Of a stretch of DNA of 64,000 bases, positions 16,321 to 33,891 are shown piece by piece (the first letter of the stretch is position 1; each line of letters opens with the position of its first letter). The translations under genes and the position numbers were made by a program. This stretch comes from Eledone cirrhosa. Taxonomy: Eukaryota. Below the pieces are notes generated by a model that had not been told where the DNA came from, did no database searches, and saw only the letters and a program-made list of their open reading frames with translations. The stretch lies in assembly GCA_964016885.1 (NCBI GenBank), contig OZ024741.1, forward strand, positions 369,768,001 through 369,832,000, given 5' to 3'.

Positions 16321-17438
16321 AAAAAATGGGTGCCATTTGGGATAGGGGTGTTTCTGTTGTGGTGAAACCTTTGACCCGCCGGAACTTCATGCCGGTAACT
16401 GGTTGGGCGATAGACTCTTGCGTGGTCGTTGCTGTATGGGGGTCTGGTTCTTCTGTTGTTTCGTTCAGTATTCATGTGTCTTTGATTTTGTCTCCGGTAA
16501 TTGTTCTTGGTGTTATGGCAGTGGTTGTATCTGGTTCTGGTGTTGAGTATTGGGTCTGTATGTAGTTGTGTGTTTGGGGTTACCCAATGTCTGGTTGTTG
16601 TTGGTTTATTGTGTGTGGGTGCTTCATTTCTTGTGTTGTTGTATTTTCGTGAGTTCTGGGGTTTCCTATGGGTTTGTTTTCTGGGTTTTATTTGGTCTTT
16701 CCCATAGTTATCTTCATATTCTTGAAGCCATTGAGTTCTTGACTCCAAGATTTTCTTTGATTTTAACTCCTCTCTAGTTGTATCTGCCTGCCATAGGTTA
16801 AGGAGTTTTTCACGTACATTGCCGCTGCTTCTTTTGTTTATTTCCTCTTGGATGGTGGTGTCGCATTTTTCAAATTTCTCTTTGAATTTTGGCACTCTTA
16901 GGCGGAGTAGGGTGATTTTGGTCTCAAGTGTTTGGAGTGCTAGATTTAGTCTTGTTGCAGTTTCTTCCTTTGATTCCGATGGTATTTCTTTAATTCGGAA
17001 TTTTCTCGGGAGGATAACTGGTTCCTTGCTACGCCATATTTCGTATGCGTATGCTAGGTTTTCACTCCTCAAGGCTTTCCAGTATGCCTGTTTCCTTTGA
17101 TTTAATAGTTGGTTCCAAATGTTTTTCATTTGGTTTCTTTTTCTGTAGGCTTCTTTTTCTAGATTCAGTTCATTCCATTCTTTGAATGCATTATTGGTGA
17201 TGGAGTTCTGTTCATGTGTAGCTATTTTAGGAGAAAAGGTTTGTTCTTGTTTTTGTCGGTCTGTAATTAGTGAATCAAGTCTTTCCCTATAGCTGCGTGT
17301 TTGTTGTTCCATTTCTTGTACAGCATTCGTAAGGGAATCATATTTATCTATTATTATGGTGAGTTTTTCTGATATTTCCTGTAGTAGTGTATCCGATTTG
17401 AGGGATTCAGTAGAGGATTTTGAACGTGTGTTAGCCAT
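16224..17438 (-). CDS. PLE ORF1, 404 aa; charged helical (coiled-coil-like) N-terminus and basic Arg/Asn-rich C-terminus
   Basis: Intact ATG-initiated ORF inside the terminal repeats, overlapping ORF2. The coiled-coil call is inferred from composition. Confidence 0.75.
   Translation of the reverse strand: MANTRSKSSTESLKSDTLLQEISEKLTIIIDKYDSLTNAVQEMEQQTRSYRERLDSLITDRQKQEQTFSPKIATHEQNSITNNAFKEWNELNLEKEAYRKRNQMKNIWNQLLNQRKQAYWKALRSENLAYAYEIWRSKEPVILPRKFRIKEIPSESKEETATRLNLALQTLETKITLLRLRVPKFKEKFEKCDTTIQEEINKRSSGNVREKLLNLWQADTTREELKSKKILESRTQWLQEYEDNYGKDQIKPRKQTHRKPQNSRKYNNTRNEAPTHNKPTTTRHWVTPNTQLHTDPILNTRTRYNHCHNTKNNYRRQNQRHMNTERNNRRTRPPYSNDHARVYRPTSYRHEVPAGQRFHHNRNTPIPNGTHFLGLGASHQMKEKKKKAPPLKWHLTRKNQSNQK
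16320..16326 (-). promoter_or_regulatory. Candidate -1 ribosomal frameshift heptamer U_UUU_UUA
   Basis: ORF1 reads CAT TTT TTA GGA. A -1 shift reads [27 protein letters not shown], in frame with ORF2. Confidence 0.65.
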
Positions 17439-17633
17439 TCTGTCTTGTACAAGGGGATAGAATATTGGAAAATGTGTGTAATCCTTGGTGGTTAGGTATA
17501 TTAAGACAGGGGGGAAGAAAAAATGGCTTCACTTGTGCTTTCAACAAATTTATTTTCTTCACAAAATCCAAAAAGAATTTTTTTCCCGGATTAGAAAAAA
17601 AAATTTTTTTTTATTTTAATATATATATATATT

Positions 17634-17825
17634 TAGGAACGAGTAGGACCCCGACGGCTGAGCTCAAGCCGTTTCGACGGCTAATTCTGGACCAGAATTA
17701 GCCGTCGAAACGGCTTGAGCTCAGCCGTCGGCGTCCTACTCGTTCCTATTACCCACTCTACTACCCCAAGTATTGAGTACTTTGGTGCGTTATGGTCCAC
17801 CTGGTTCCTTATCACATTTCCTTCG

Positions 17826-17829
<4 letters not shown>
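17634..17829 (+). mobile_element. Hairpin-headed element family C, copy 2
   Basis: Arms centred on 17691; same tail as copy 1. Confidence 0.9.
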
Positions 17830-19381
<1,552 letters not shown>

Positions 19382-19580
19382 TATATATATATATATCCCT
19401 CCATCCACCCACCACCACCTCCACACGCCTCATACCCTTTCACCACTTGTTTTGTACGTAATTGTATATACCTGCATGTATGTGTATATATATATATATA
19501 TGTATATATAGTTAAATAAATGACAACACAAACCAGAGATGCAAAAAACCAAAGTCTTATGAGTATCATGCTTATATATA

Positions 19581-19614
<34 letters not shown>

Positions 19615-20123
19615 ATATATGTACGCACTATATATATGTATATATAAAAATAATTTAGATCGATATAATGCTAAGTGCATAAAAGCCTTCGCAATTGTTC
19701 TGATCTTGTCCACAAAACTGCTTGATGATAACAGATGCAAAAAAATCTGTATGAAAGTAAACTCATAAACGATATAGTCATGGAGTAACAACACTGAAAT
19801 AGAACTTATTATGGCGGGTAAAAAACCAAAGAAATCTATGAAGTTTAACAATTTAACAAAGAAAAGTTAAAAAGACTTTCCTTTCAAACGCCTTGAATGT
19901 ACAGTTCCGACCTATGAAAAACCTGCTAATTACCAGTATTAGAAATTAATAATCAGAAAATTAGGACTTAAGATCTTTTCCATAGGCTGTCCTAAAAATA
20001 ACTGAAAATCTAAGAAACGAAGTCAGACTGTACTGAAGTAACTATTATTAATTTTACAACACACACACACACACACGCACACACGCACACACACACACAG
20101 ACAGACAGACAGACACACACACA

Positions 20124-20189
<66 letters not shown>

Positions 20190-20191
<2 letters not shown>

Positions 20192-20390
20192 ACAAAGAAA
20201 ATGTGGTAAGAAACCAGGTGGACCATAACGCACCAAAGTACTCGATACTTGGGGTAGTAGAGTGGGTAATAGGAAAAGAGTCAGGACCCCGACGGCTGAG
20301 CTCCGGCCGTTTCGACAGCTATTTCGACAGCTAGTTCGGATCTAGCTGTCGAAACAGCCGGAGCTCAGCCGTCGGGGTCCTGACTCTTTT

Positions 20391-20394
<4 letters not shown>
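20190..20394 (-). mobile_element. Hairpin-headed element family C, copy 3 (inverted, diverged)
   Basis: Tail 20190-20269 is the reverse complement of the copy 1 tail. Loop ttcggat at 20335-20341. Confidence 0.9.
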
Positions 20395-20441
<47 letters not shown>

Positions 20442-20556
20442 AACGAGTTATATGGTTTGTTGATTATCATTCAACAAAGTTAATTTTATAAGCACTCTAC
20501 AGTATTTATCTGGAGTATTATTAATATTAACAATATGTGTGAGTGTATGTATGTGT

Positions 20557-20644
<88 letters not shown>

Positions 20645-20659
20645 CAATATCCGTAGGTG

Positions 20660-21360
20660 TGAAAAAGGAAAAAGGCAAACAGTGCTCAATCGGGAGGAGA
20701 CTAGAAATATTATCTATATATGTTCATACACGGAACAAAGCGGTACCTAAGGTTTCAAGGCCCAATAATGAACATATCTCTGGAATTTAAGAGGAATCCA
20801 AATTGTGACCTAATCTTAAGGCACTTACACGATTTCATAAGATACCGTTAAAAGTAATGTGTGCTAAGAACGCTTAAATACGAAACAAAGACGAATAATT
20901 CCAAGATGTAAATTAGAAAAGCGAGATTGTACACGTGTTAGTGCTCTATAGCGGAAGTATTGTATTATGCGGTGGTATGTAATATAGAGATGGTAATATT
21001 TATTAAGGTATGGAGCAGAGTAGCATAGAAGGTGTACTGTATTATGTAAGTGTGGAAAGAGAAAGAGAAAAACCAAATATTACGGAAGAATAAAAATCAA
21101 ATTAAGGTGGTTGAAAATCAGTCGAATTTGTTGAGTAGTTCCATTTAGCAAGCAGTTGGGTTTTGAGATGGAGGAATCCTCGAAAAAGTTCGCTCTTTGA
21201 GTTCAAATAATTATTCTTCGATGATGATAAACCTTGTAGTATTCTAAATTTTTCACTAAGATTTGAGCTCAAACTAATTTCACTCACAAGATATAACTTG
21301 ATTAAAGTATAACTCAGAGGGATCGACCTCGGGAGCTTATGATTGCGAAGCAAACTTTTT
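20660..21360 (-). pseudogene. 3' fragment of a Hydra-type PLE (end of GIY-YIG domain plus UTR)
   Basis: LSEKFRIL...NYLNSKSELFRGFLH resembles the C-terminal L.EK..I....LN.RSEL...C.H motif. Confidence 0.5.
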
Positions 21361-21515
21361 AATCATTTAACGATGCTGCATTTATAGTAAACACCGTTAA
21401 GCTATAAACGTGTGCGTGTGTATATGCCTGTGCGTTTCTCTGTATGACTGTGTCGATAGCTGTGAGTGTACGTGTGTATGTGTGAGTAGCAGTGAGTATA
21501 CGCGCGCGCGCGAGC

Positions 21516-21636
<121 letters not shown>

Positions 21637-22354
21637 TGTGCGTGTGTGTGTACGTGTGTGAGTTCGTAGGGGAGTGAGAGATGAGGGTGAGACTGAGGGT
21701 GATGTGGATGAAGTGAGAGAATAAATAATTCCATCAATTACAAACAATCAAAGAGAGAACCTTGTTCATCACCATCATAAAAATGTGATAAAAGGCGGAG
21801 GATGTAGCGATTGTAAAATGGCAGGTCAAAAAATAAAATAATATGGTGATGCGATGATTGAACAAAATATCCTATTTGCAATTATTCCAAATTAATTAAC
21901 GATCCATTCCTTTCTCTCCTAGCCGTATGGAATCAAATAAACATATTTGTGTGTGCTTTCCCCAAAGTGTATTTTTATTACAGAGTAAAGAACATGCGTG
22001 TATTTCCAAATATATATATTTGCGTCTGAGATCGTATCGAAATAATAGTCACATACGCTAATTTTGACAATATAGACACAAAGAAATCAGGGACACTTTA
22101 CAGCTTTTTGTCAAAATTAAGACATGGAGATTACTGAGCAGATGTCGGAATGTATTATCCCCAGAAAAATTATCTGTTTAGCTATGAAACCAGGCGGTAG
22201 CTTATCCAATGTTGTGTAATATCATTACAGTGTGTGTGTCTCTCTCTTCATATATATAGTGGCCAATGACAACTTCTTGTTGCCTTTAAGGGTCATCATC
22301 TTATTTTATAAGTTATTTTATAACATCTCCGGGGATGGGCACACCATTCCTTAC

Positions 22355-22413
<59 letters not shown>

Positions 22414-23784
22414 AAAGGGTAACAAGGACGATTGGTTACTCCTTCATTACATTTATTGGTAGGTGACGCGCGTTTCACCACCCGGGTGAACCTGCAGTAA
22501 CTCCAAGATACACTCCCTATATATATATATTCAATTGAAGAAAGTTGGCCGATTGAAAATCTGCCAACTTTTTCTTAACAGATGTAAAGCACTCCACGGA
22601 TTTGTTCATCAGGAATTTTATTGAACTCGACTCCCAAAATCATAACACAGAATACAGCGAAAATTTACAACAGAAATCTATGAATTAAACATAAGGAGAG
22701 AACTCACAATAGTAAGCACAGAAACACTGATTGAGTAAACAGCAACTCGAATAACGGGGATAACATCATTAACAGAAATGAGATAAACTAACGGACGCAC
22801 GGACACAGGGGCGGGAGAGGGAGGAGAACAATGAATGGTAACTGCAATTGCAGAAATCGAAATAGTTGCCCAATAAATAATTAGTGTTTAGAGAAAAATA
22901 TTGTTTATGAATGTGAAGTAAAAACGAGTAGTAAGACATAGATATATTGGTGCAACTTCTACTAGATTTAAGGAAAGGTGGTACAACCATCGCCACTCAT
23001 TTAAAAGAGCTAATAAAAGGTCTTGCACGGACCTGTCGGAACTGATTTGGTCGCTAAAAAATAAACAATTGGAATACTCCCTTTCTTGATCAAAACCGTC
23101 ACATGCTTTTCCATATATGAATGGATCTATATCTAGGTGTGTGGCCTCTGTACTACAGAGACTCTTCACATCATTAATAGTAGACATAAATTTGATAAAC
23201 ACTCTGAAATGTTTAATTCTTGTTTACACAAAATTAATAAGACATTTCGTAGAGTATATAGTTAAAACTTAAATAATGTTAAATAGATCAGTAAATAATT
23301 AATTCAACATTCATTAATATATAGATACATTATAACATCAGCATCAAAGTACAAATATCTAAAATTAGAATAGTATCTAATTGAATAGAATCTAGTATAA
23401 AAAGTAAATAAAAAATAGACTAAAAAGTTCATACATGCGTCACTAGGAATCAAGCGACTAATCTGGTAACTTGATAACCTAGCCAGTTCACAAGCATCAA
23501 CGCCAATTGGAATATCTATCTCCCACACATATAAGAACTGCTACTTGAAAATTTCGGACATATGCTTACTGGTCAGCGAATGGAATAACACGTATGACCG
23601 GTAACATATCAATGGATATTTATATCTCGTTTGGATTTTTGTCTGAAGAGAACATGTAGGGCAACTGTTATACAATTGCATTATCTCTTTGAAATACGTA
23701 TAACAAAATAAATAGGGATGGACAAATGAAACCGTCTTTCTTGTTTACAATTATAATAATAATAATAATAATAATTATTATTGT

Positions 23785-24188
<404 letters not shown>

Positions 24189-24189
24189 A

Positions 24190-24260
<71 letters not shown>

Positions 24261-24264
24261 TATA

Positions 24265-24517
24265 GATAACGAGGAATCAGTGATGCATGAAAACACAATT
24301 TATTAACATATTACATATGTTTCTCCGACGATCAGCTCAAGGCAGGATCTGTTATAGATCGAACCTGACTCTGATAAACATATAACGATAAACATAAATG
24401 AGAACCTTACGAATGCAGAGTCAGGTTAGATCTATAACAGATCCTGCCTTGAGCTGATCGTCAGAGAAATATATGTAATATATTAATAAATTGTGTTTTG
24501 ATGCATCACTGATGCCT
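24265..24517. mobile_element. Fold-back element I, ~100-bp arms and ~42-bp spacer
   Basis: atcagtgatgcat...cctgactctg (24276-24373) is inverted at 24416-24513. Confidence 0.8.
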
Positions 24518-24581
24518 CTCTTTCTCTCTCTCTCTTTGTCTTTCTCCCTCTCTCTCTCTATATATATATACATACTTATAG

Positions 24582-24634
<53 letters not shown>

Positions 24635-24680
24635 CATATATACATATATATATATACACATGTATATATACACACACACG

Positions 24681-24747
<67 letters not shown>

Positions 24748-24752
<5 letters not shown>

Positions 24753-25667
24753 AAAATTGAACGGGAACAAAACAGAGAGGCAGTACGAACAAAGGTTTAT
24801 TAATTTCACGCTCTTGAGAGTGGGGTGGTGGTGGGGAACGACATTTCGGGCATAAGCCCTTCTTCAGGTGAAAAGTGTGTGGGAAGAGAGTTCAAAGGGT
24901 GTGTAGGGGAGTGGTGGAGAGACATATAGCAAAAAGGGGGTGGGAGTAAACGGTGTAAATGAAATTAAAAATAAAGGCATGATCAAAATAAAATAAAAAT
25001 GGGGTAAAACAGGTGGTGGAAGCGTGTGGGGCGTGTAGGGGTGGTGGCGGGTGGAGTGGGGAGAGGGAGGAGGGGTGTCCGAGCGGGGAGGGCTGAAGGT
25101 GGTGTGTGTGTGTAGGTGTACGTGTGTGTGTGTGTGTGTATGTATGTGAAAGCAAGGGTTGGGGGAAGAACGGGGTTGCATGTTCAGGAAGAGGTGTGTG
25201 TGGGGTGGGCTGTAGGTCGGAGTGTGTGTGCGTGTGTGGATAGAGGGGTGGGGAGAGAGGATCCCGGAGGCTGAATGCGTAAATATGTGGTGGTATGCAC
25301 GTGTGTGTGTGGTGTTTATGCGTGTTGTGGATGTAGGTGGTGTGTGGGAAAAACAAATTTTTTGGGTGTGTGTCTGGGGTGAGTCGTAAAGGTAATTGCG
25401 TAAAAAGATGTGGTGGAATGCTGAGTAAAATCCTGCGATGCGGTAGATTCTCGGGATCAAGGTTCACATATGTGTAATCCGTGAAGAGATTGGTCGGAAG
25501 AAGGGAGATGTGGGGTGCGCGCGCAACAGGAAGTGGTCAGAGGGTCAAGACAGGAGGAGGGTTGTGTGTCTGTGTGTGCGGGGAGGTGGTCAGGGGCATA
25601 GCAGCAGTAGGGCAGAATGGTAAGTGAAGAAAGTCGGTGTGTCAGTGTGTGCGGAGGTGCGGTGGAC

Positions 25668-25670
<3 letters not shown>
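24748..25670 (-). mobile_element. PLE-like 3' region/pLTR with HHR, G/T-rich on the plus strand
   Basis: Minus strand 24838-24868: CTGAAGA-agggc/ttat/gccc-GAAA. Flanked by (TA)n. Confidence 0.6.
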
Positions 25671-25723
<53 letters not shown>

Positions 25724-25724
25724 A

Positions 25725-26190
25725 AATGTAAGTCCACAGAATCATTAGATAAAATATATACAATATTTCTTCTACCAATCAGCATAAATCAACCGCACAA
25801 AAAAAAATTTAAACGAGGCTATAAGTTTAAAATATACTTATGAAGAAATAATAGGTAAATGATATAGCTTATTATCCGCGACTTATAGCTACAAAAAAGT
25901 TACCTACTATTTCTAATAGCCTGTAGAAATTGACTAGACATATAGTTAACCATACATAATTAGGTACAAAATCAAAGTTAGAAGAAAAAATGTACCTAAA
26001 CCTTACCAAAATCATCAAAATATATCTACCCCCTGCGGTTTCATTCCATTTTTGGATATATCCGATCTTGGAAATCATGAGGAGATAATTAATTCTTCAT
26101 TGAGCCACAACGTAAATTGTTACCAAAAACATATATATCTATATCTATGACTTTGTCTAGTTTATATGTATATAACCTTTAAATTTGATA
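25725..26190. mobile_element. Diverged family F copy
   Basis: Shares ccaatcagcata..aaccgcacaaaa..ggctataag..tatgaagaaa and taattcttcattgagccac with 18596-19300. Confidence 0.7.
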
Positions 26191-26408
26191 TACTCCCGTA
26201 AGGTTGAGTAAAACTTTAGGCAGTATTCGGCTGCGCTTTCTGGTAACCAGCCAACTCGTTGATAGGCACCAATCACAAACTTTCTGCCTTGACCACTGGC
26301 CACGAAATGATTCTTAGCCATTTTGAATTCGTTTCTAGCGGGGATCATGGTAGAAAAATCTTTGTCCAATTGAGTTATCTTCCTGATGATTTCCAAACAT
26401 ATCGGTAT

Positions 26409-26516
<108 letters not shown>

Positions 26517-26584
26517 ACATATATATATTTACACACATATATAATAACTCTCTCTCACTCTCTCTCTCTCTCTATATATATATG

Positions 26585-26702
26585 AAGGCGTGTGGCTGAG
26601 TGGTTAGAGAATTGGATTCAGAATCTTGAGGTTGTAAGTTCGATTCCTGGACCAAGTGATGGGTTATGTCCGTGAGCAAGACACTTTATTTCACTTTGCT
26701 CC
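26585..26702 (+). mobile_element. tRNA-derived SINE 5' part (second copy ~27428-27530)
   Basis: A-box-like tggctgagtgg, B-box-like gttcgattcc, then gagcaagacactttatttcac. Confidence 0.7.
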
Positions 26703-26813
26703 TTCTAACTGGAGTTGTAACCGATAGATAGTATTAGCAACTGGAAAGACCGACGAAAAACATTATTTCTTTGGTCCAATTTGACGAAAGTCGATCGATT
26801 CGTTCTTTTCTTC

Positions 26814-28518
<1,705 letters not shown>

Positions 28519-28912
28519 TCAAATGCTCTGTATAGTCTTAAAAGACTATTTCATGAAAACTTTCAGTGGAGATGGTCACGGTTGGATTTCATTCATCAGC
28601 AGAGCTCAACAGAAAACCAGGGCTCTCACAGTATTATCCGAAAAAGGGAATTCTAAAACTGGCTAGTTCGCCATCATGTGTAATTATGAAAAAGCACATG
28701 AGGAAAAACGGGGCTAGTGACGTCAGGATGAAAGTGAATGTTTATTTACGAGAAATAGCAGTCAAATACATTCTGAAAAAAACTCTACAAAAGGAGTTCA
28801 GCAAATAGCAATAATTATCACAGTTTTTACGAAAAAAACCGGGATTAGTCACAGATAGTTTAAGCACTCTAGGAAAAGAATCCGAGTATAAATATATATA
28901 TATATATATATA

Positions 28913-29290
28913 GTACCTAACTCCGTGTACTTAACTATTTGTCTAGTCAATTTCTACAGGCTAAAAGAAATAATTAAATAAATATCATATGGCTGTACAA
29001 CGCGGAAGATAATCTGTATCATTTGTCTATTATTTCTTCATAAGTACATTTTAAACTTATAGCCTCGTTTAAAGGATTTTTGTATGTGGTTGATTTATAC
29101 TGATTAGGAGAGGAAATACTGTATATATTTTATCTCATAGTCCTTCAGACTTGCAATTTTATATATAGCTCTGATTAATGATTATTTGCTTAATTAATTC
29201 TTCATTGAGCCACGCCGTGAAAGATTGCCAAACTCATATATGTATCTGTGACCATGTCTAGTTATATATATATACCCCTTTGAATTATAA
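28913..29290. mobile_element. Diverged family F copy
   Basis: aaacttatagcctcgttt and ttcttcattgagccac match family F. Confidence 0.65.
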
Positions 29291-29292
29291 AT

Positions 29293-29369
<77 letters not shown>

Positions 29370-29517
29370 TTATATTCACATGTATGCGTGTGTGAGCTAA
29401 AATAATCAAAATAATTAAAATGACTCGATAATTATCTGATATAGCTCTGATTATAATCAGAGCTATATATCAAATTATAAAATAATTTGATAATTTGATA
29501 TATTATTATTTTTAGTA

Positions 29518-29550
<33 letters not shown>

Positions 29551-31099
29551 AATAAATATTGACATACCTGGAAAAAAGATACCCTCAACGGTTGAAATTT
29601 GCTGGATAGTGGAGATACTTGAGGGTGATACAAATTAGATACTTATTATGCCAATAAGTGTCGGAAAAATTGAAAAAAACAACGGTTTATTTAAATTAAA
29701 CAGCTGGAAGAAAATAGATTTAATAGGGAGAGAGACAAGATAGATGTAAAAAGGAGAGAGACAAAAAATTGAGAGGGAGAGAGATAAAGAGAATAGATAA
29801 AGAGAATAAAAAAAGAAAGAGAGAGATAGAAGAAAAAAAGAAAGAGAGAAAAGATATAATATTGAGAGAGAGTGAAGGAAAGAACAAATAATTGAGATGG
29901 AGAGAGAAAGAAAAAAGTATTGTGCGGGAGAGAGAAATGAATGTTGAAAAAATATTGGAAAAAAGGGGGAGAAAAAAATAGTGAGAGGGAGGGAGAGGAA
30001 AAAGAAAGAAGGGCGAAGTGAGAGAAAAAATAAATTGATATAGATGAGTAGTCACAATGTAAACATATTATTCGTTGTGTTGTGTTTATATTACGTTCAA
30101 TTATTGATACGAAAACTTTACAAAAGAGTATTGTTATAATTTAGTTAAAAATTTAACCAGAAATTTAATTAAAATTTAATTAGAATTTAATTAAAATTTA
30201 AATAGTTACAATAAGATATATTACAAAAAGAAGTATTTAAAATTTATTAAGATGTATTAATACTATATATGTTTAGATGGGTATTTTATGTTATAGGTTA
30301 TAAAATATTTGAATGTATAACAAAAATGGAAAAAAAACAAATATAGTTTAATTGATTAAAGTAAGTTTGGCAAAATTATATTTAGCCAGAGTTTATTAAT
30401 AGTTGTAAGTCAAATCTTAAACAGTTATGAAGATTTACGAGAGTTTAGAAAGGAAAAATTATTTAATTAAGAGTATATATTAAAACAGTTTACAGTTTCG
30501 ACTATAAATTAAGACTATAAAGATTGAGATAATAAAAACAATAAGGAGGTTTAAATGAAGTTAAAAAGGGATTTTTTTATAACCCAAATGATTCAAGGAT
30601 AGATAAAAATCTCTACGAAAGTTATAAAAATTCATCTTAAAATATAATTAAGATATGATTAAAATGTAAGACATAATTATTGCACATATATATAAAAATG
30701 ATTGGATATATATGAAAATACATAAGTATTAAAAATGGTTGGATATATAAGAAAGTACATAAGTATTAAGCATGTTTAGAATGTGTAGGGGTAATGGAAA
30801 TTCATATCATTCAAAAGAACCTTTCAGAAATTTTACAAAAATTTCCAGGAGGTATTTCGAAGGAAATTTTTAGAATTTTTCAAAATATTTTCATAAAAGA
30901 ATTTCTGGAGAGTGCGATAATATAAGTAATGGTTTTAAGGAGTAAATTAAAATTAAAATTAAAAAGTGTACTTTATATATTTAGGAAGGTTAGAATCTAT
31001 ATAATCTGAGGGAAGAGATTATAAGTGTTTGGATGGAGAAAAACGTTATGTAAGGAAGAATGAACATATATTACATTTTATATATATATCTAAAAGTTG

Positions 31100-33115
31100 A
31101 GTTTAACCGATGTTTACAAGAACTAAATAAATTATTCCGCAAATTAACAGAGTTCTTAGATTTTAGTATAAAGAATATTTCCTCCACACAAAGACTACAA
31201 AAATTGGATAAATTTCCAAAATAAAGAGTATTTTATATTCTTGGATTTTAAATTCCATAATAAGTTGGATAGAGAAGTTGAAGATTTCTTGTTAATATTC
31301 GTAAAGGAACATTTATGGTTATTGAAACGAGATTTGAAGTCTGTCGAAGTAGAGCCGACATAGTTGAATGAATTATCTTTGGTTTTGACATTACAATTGT
31401 ATACTATATTTTTAGTAGAGCCGACATAGTTGAAGGAATTATCTTTGGTTTTGACATTACAATTGTATACTATATTTTTAACTAAACAGTTATTATTTAG
31501 AGGACAGTTAGATTTATTTCTACAATTACATTTATCGGAATTTATATTATTGGGAGCTATATCATTATATTGGATATTGCTAGAGGTATTAATGCTATTC
31601 TGGTTAAGTTTTAAGTTTCTATTATTAATTCTATTAATATTCTGCGGTAAATTCATAGTGGTAGAGTATGATAATTTAATAGTATGTCTATTAAAGATTG
31701 AGTAATACCTGTGCGTCTTAGGAAAACAGTTATCTAAAGCTTTAAAAATAGTTTAGCTATTGGAGTTTTAATACTTAATGAGAAAGGGGGAGCGAACCAT
31801 AATATTTCTAGTTCTATTTCTTCTTTTTATTTTCGAGTTATTGCAAGGTTTCCTATTATAATTATAATTATAGTTACGGTTAATTGGCACATCCTTATTA
31901 TCAATATATTTAATTTCATTATTATAGCCTGCTCTATTTAAAGCATCGTTATAATATTGTGCCTTATCTTCAAATATATTTTTATTCGCTGAGATTCTAG
32001 AGATACGTTGCTGCACAGAATTTACAATAGTGTTTTTAACGGATCTCGGGTGATTGGAATTAAAGTTAACAGTTTAAATTCTCATTTATTTTATGAAAAG
32101 GATAATAAAGACCAGTATTAAGGTTTAAAGTTACATCTAAAAAGTTAACTATTTTATAATTATTCTCTACTTCTACTTTAAGATTAAGGTTATTAAAAAA
32201 TTGTATAATTAGTTTTCTTTTCCTTTTGATTTCACAATTATTATTATTTTCAATAAGCAATAGCATATCGTCACGATATAAACCACCGGTCATCTCAGGT
32301 ATTTTCCTATGTAAAGTATTGTTAATAAAAAGCCCCACAAGATCCGTTAACTGCGCCGAGTCCGATAACCCCATAGTGATATCGAAATTGTTATCACTAT
32401 CTTCTCTAGTCCAAAGGTGGTTGCTAAATGTAATTAAGGTTTTACGTGCAGTTAAGATGATGTGCATTTCATCGCTAGATAAATCAGTATATTTAAATGC
32501 ATAAGTAAGGGCTTTATTAAGTAAATTAGGAGTGATAGATGAGTAATAGTTAGCAATATCCAATTGAATGAATTTATTGTTATGCTTATATTTAATGTCC
32601 TTAAACCAGTCAATAACTTCATTAGTCCCATTCCATAATTTTAAATAAGATATTTCCTTAAGTTGTGGTATGATTCTATCTAAAATATTTTTGCTAAGTA
32701 TGCCAAGGTCCGATTTAGATGGTACAATCAGTCTAACTGGTAATTCAATTTCAAAATTTCTTTTATGGTCCTTCAAATTAATTTTTGGTTTCCTAGGTAT
32801 GAAGGGTTGAGACCTATTTTCGATGCCTAATTCCTGCATTATATAAGAAGCTTCAGTATTTAGTCGTTCAAGGCCATCATTGGTTGCTCTTTTGTAATTT
32901 TTCCTTAATTCCTTCAATATATATTATTGTAATCATCCTTTTGCATTCCATAAAGATTGTTGGTTTTATCTGATTTAACAAGAATTTTTTCCGTTTTTTC
33001 AAAGTTTTCTATATTATTTTTGAGACATTTGAGGTAATCCTGGCCTACAAAATGGTTTTTCTTAAATTTAATGTTTTCTATGATAGAAATAATCTCATTT
33101 TCAAATTCCATTAAT
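31100..33115 (-). pseudogene. Hydra-type PLE RT plus GIY-YIG, frameshifted and 5'-truncated
   Basis: KSDKTNNLY, LKDHK.NF, RLI.PSKSDLG, DI..YY.SI, FDITMG.SDSA..TDLVGL, GLYRDD, FLDVTLNL, CNCRNKSNCPL...C..KNIVY, YVGST..FK.R..NH. Confidence 0.88.
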
Positions 33116-33390
33116 AATTTTTAAGCTTGTTGAAATTTTTAAGCTTGTTGAATCCCAACAAATTAAATATAACCTCTGCATATATATATATAATACTTGC
33201 CAACCGTCCATTGTCCATCTATATTACTTCCCTTTCGAAAACATCAATGGTAGCGGTCACTCGAGATTTCTCTTGGTATAAGAAGGTTCACTGAAGAGCC
33301 GCAGGTCTTCCAACCAGATATGCTAAGTTATTAGAAAATTTAGGCTGGTCTTTACGACAAAACTGCAGTCGGGACCAAGAAATATTCATG

Positions 33391-33507
<117 letters not shown>

Positions 33508-33515
33508 ATAAACTT

Positions 33516-33760
33516 ATGAAACAATCACAGGGGTAATTTGTAAAGTGTGTAAGCATACACAGCTAGGTAGGTAACCGGGATTTAGCTACTGTGATTTACC
33601 GATTAATGGTGAAATATATATCTTTATTGAAATATATACAAGGAAGATTAATCATTTTAGAAGATATCTATATTTGAAGTTCTAGTTAAACTTTAATTGG
33701 TTACCTCCCTAGCTGTGTGTGGTTACACACTTTACAAATTACCCCCTGTGATCGTTTCAT
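33516..33760. mobile_element. Inverted-repeat element K, ~60-bp arms and ~120-bp spacer, between microsatellites
   Basis: atgaaacaatcacaggggtaatttgtaaagtgtgtaa...ggtaacc is inverted at 33699-33760. Confidence 0.75.
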
Positions 33761-33808
33761 GTGTTTATTTTAGATATATATATATATATGTCAATCAATT
33801 TCTAGTTG

Positions 33809-33891
<83 letters not shown>

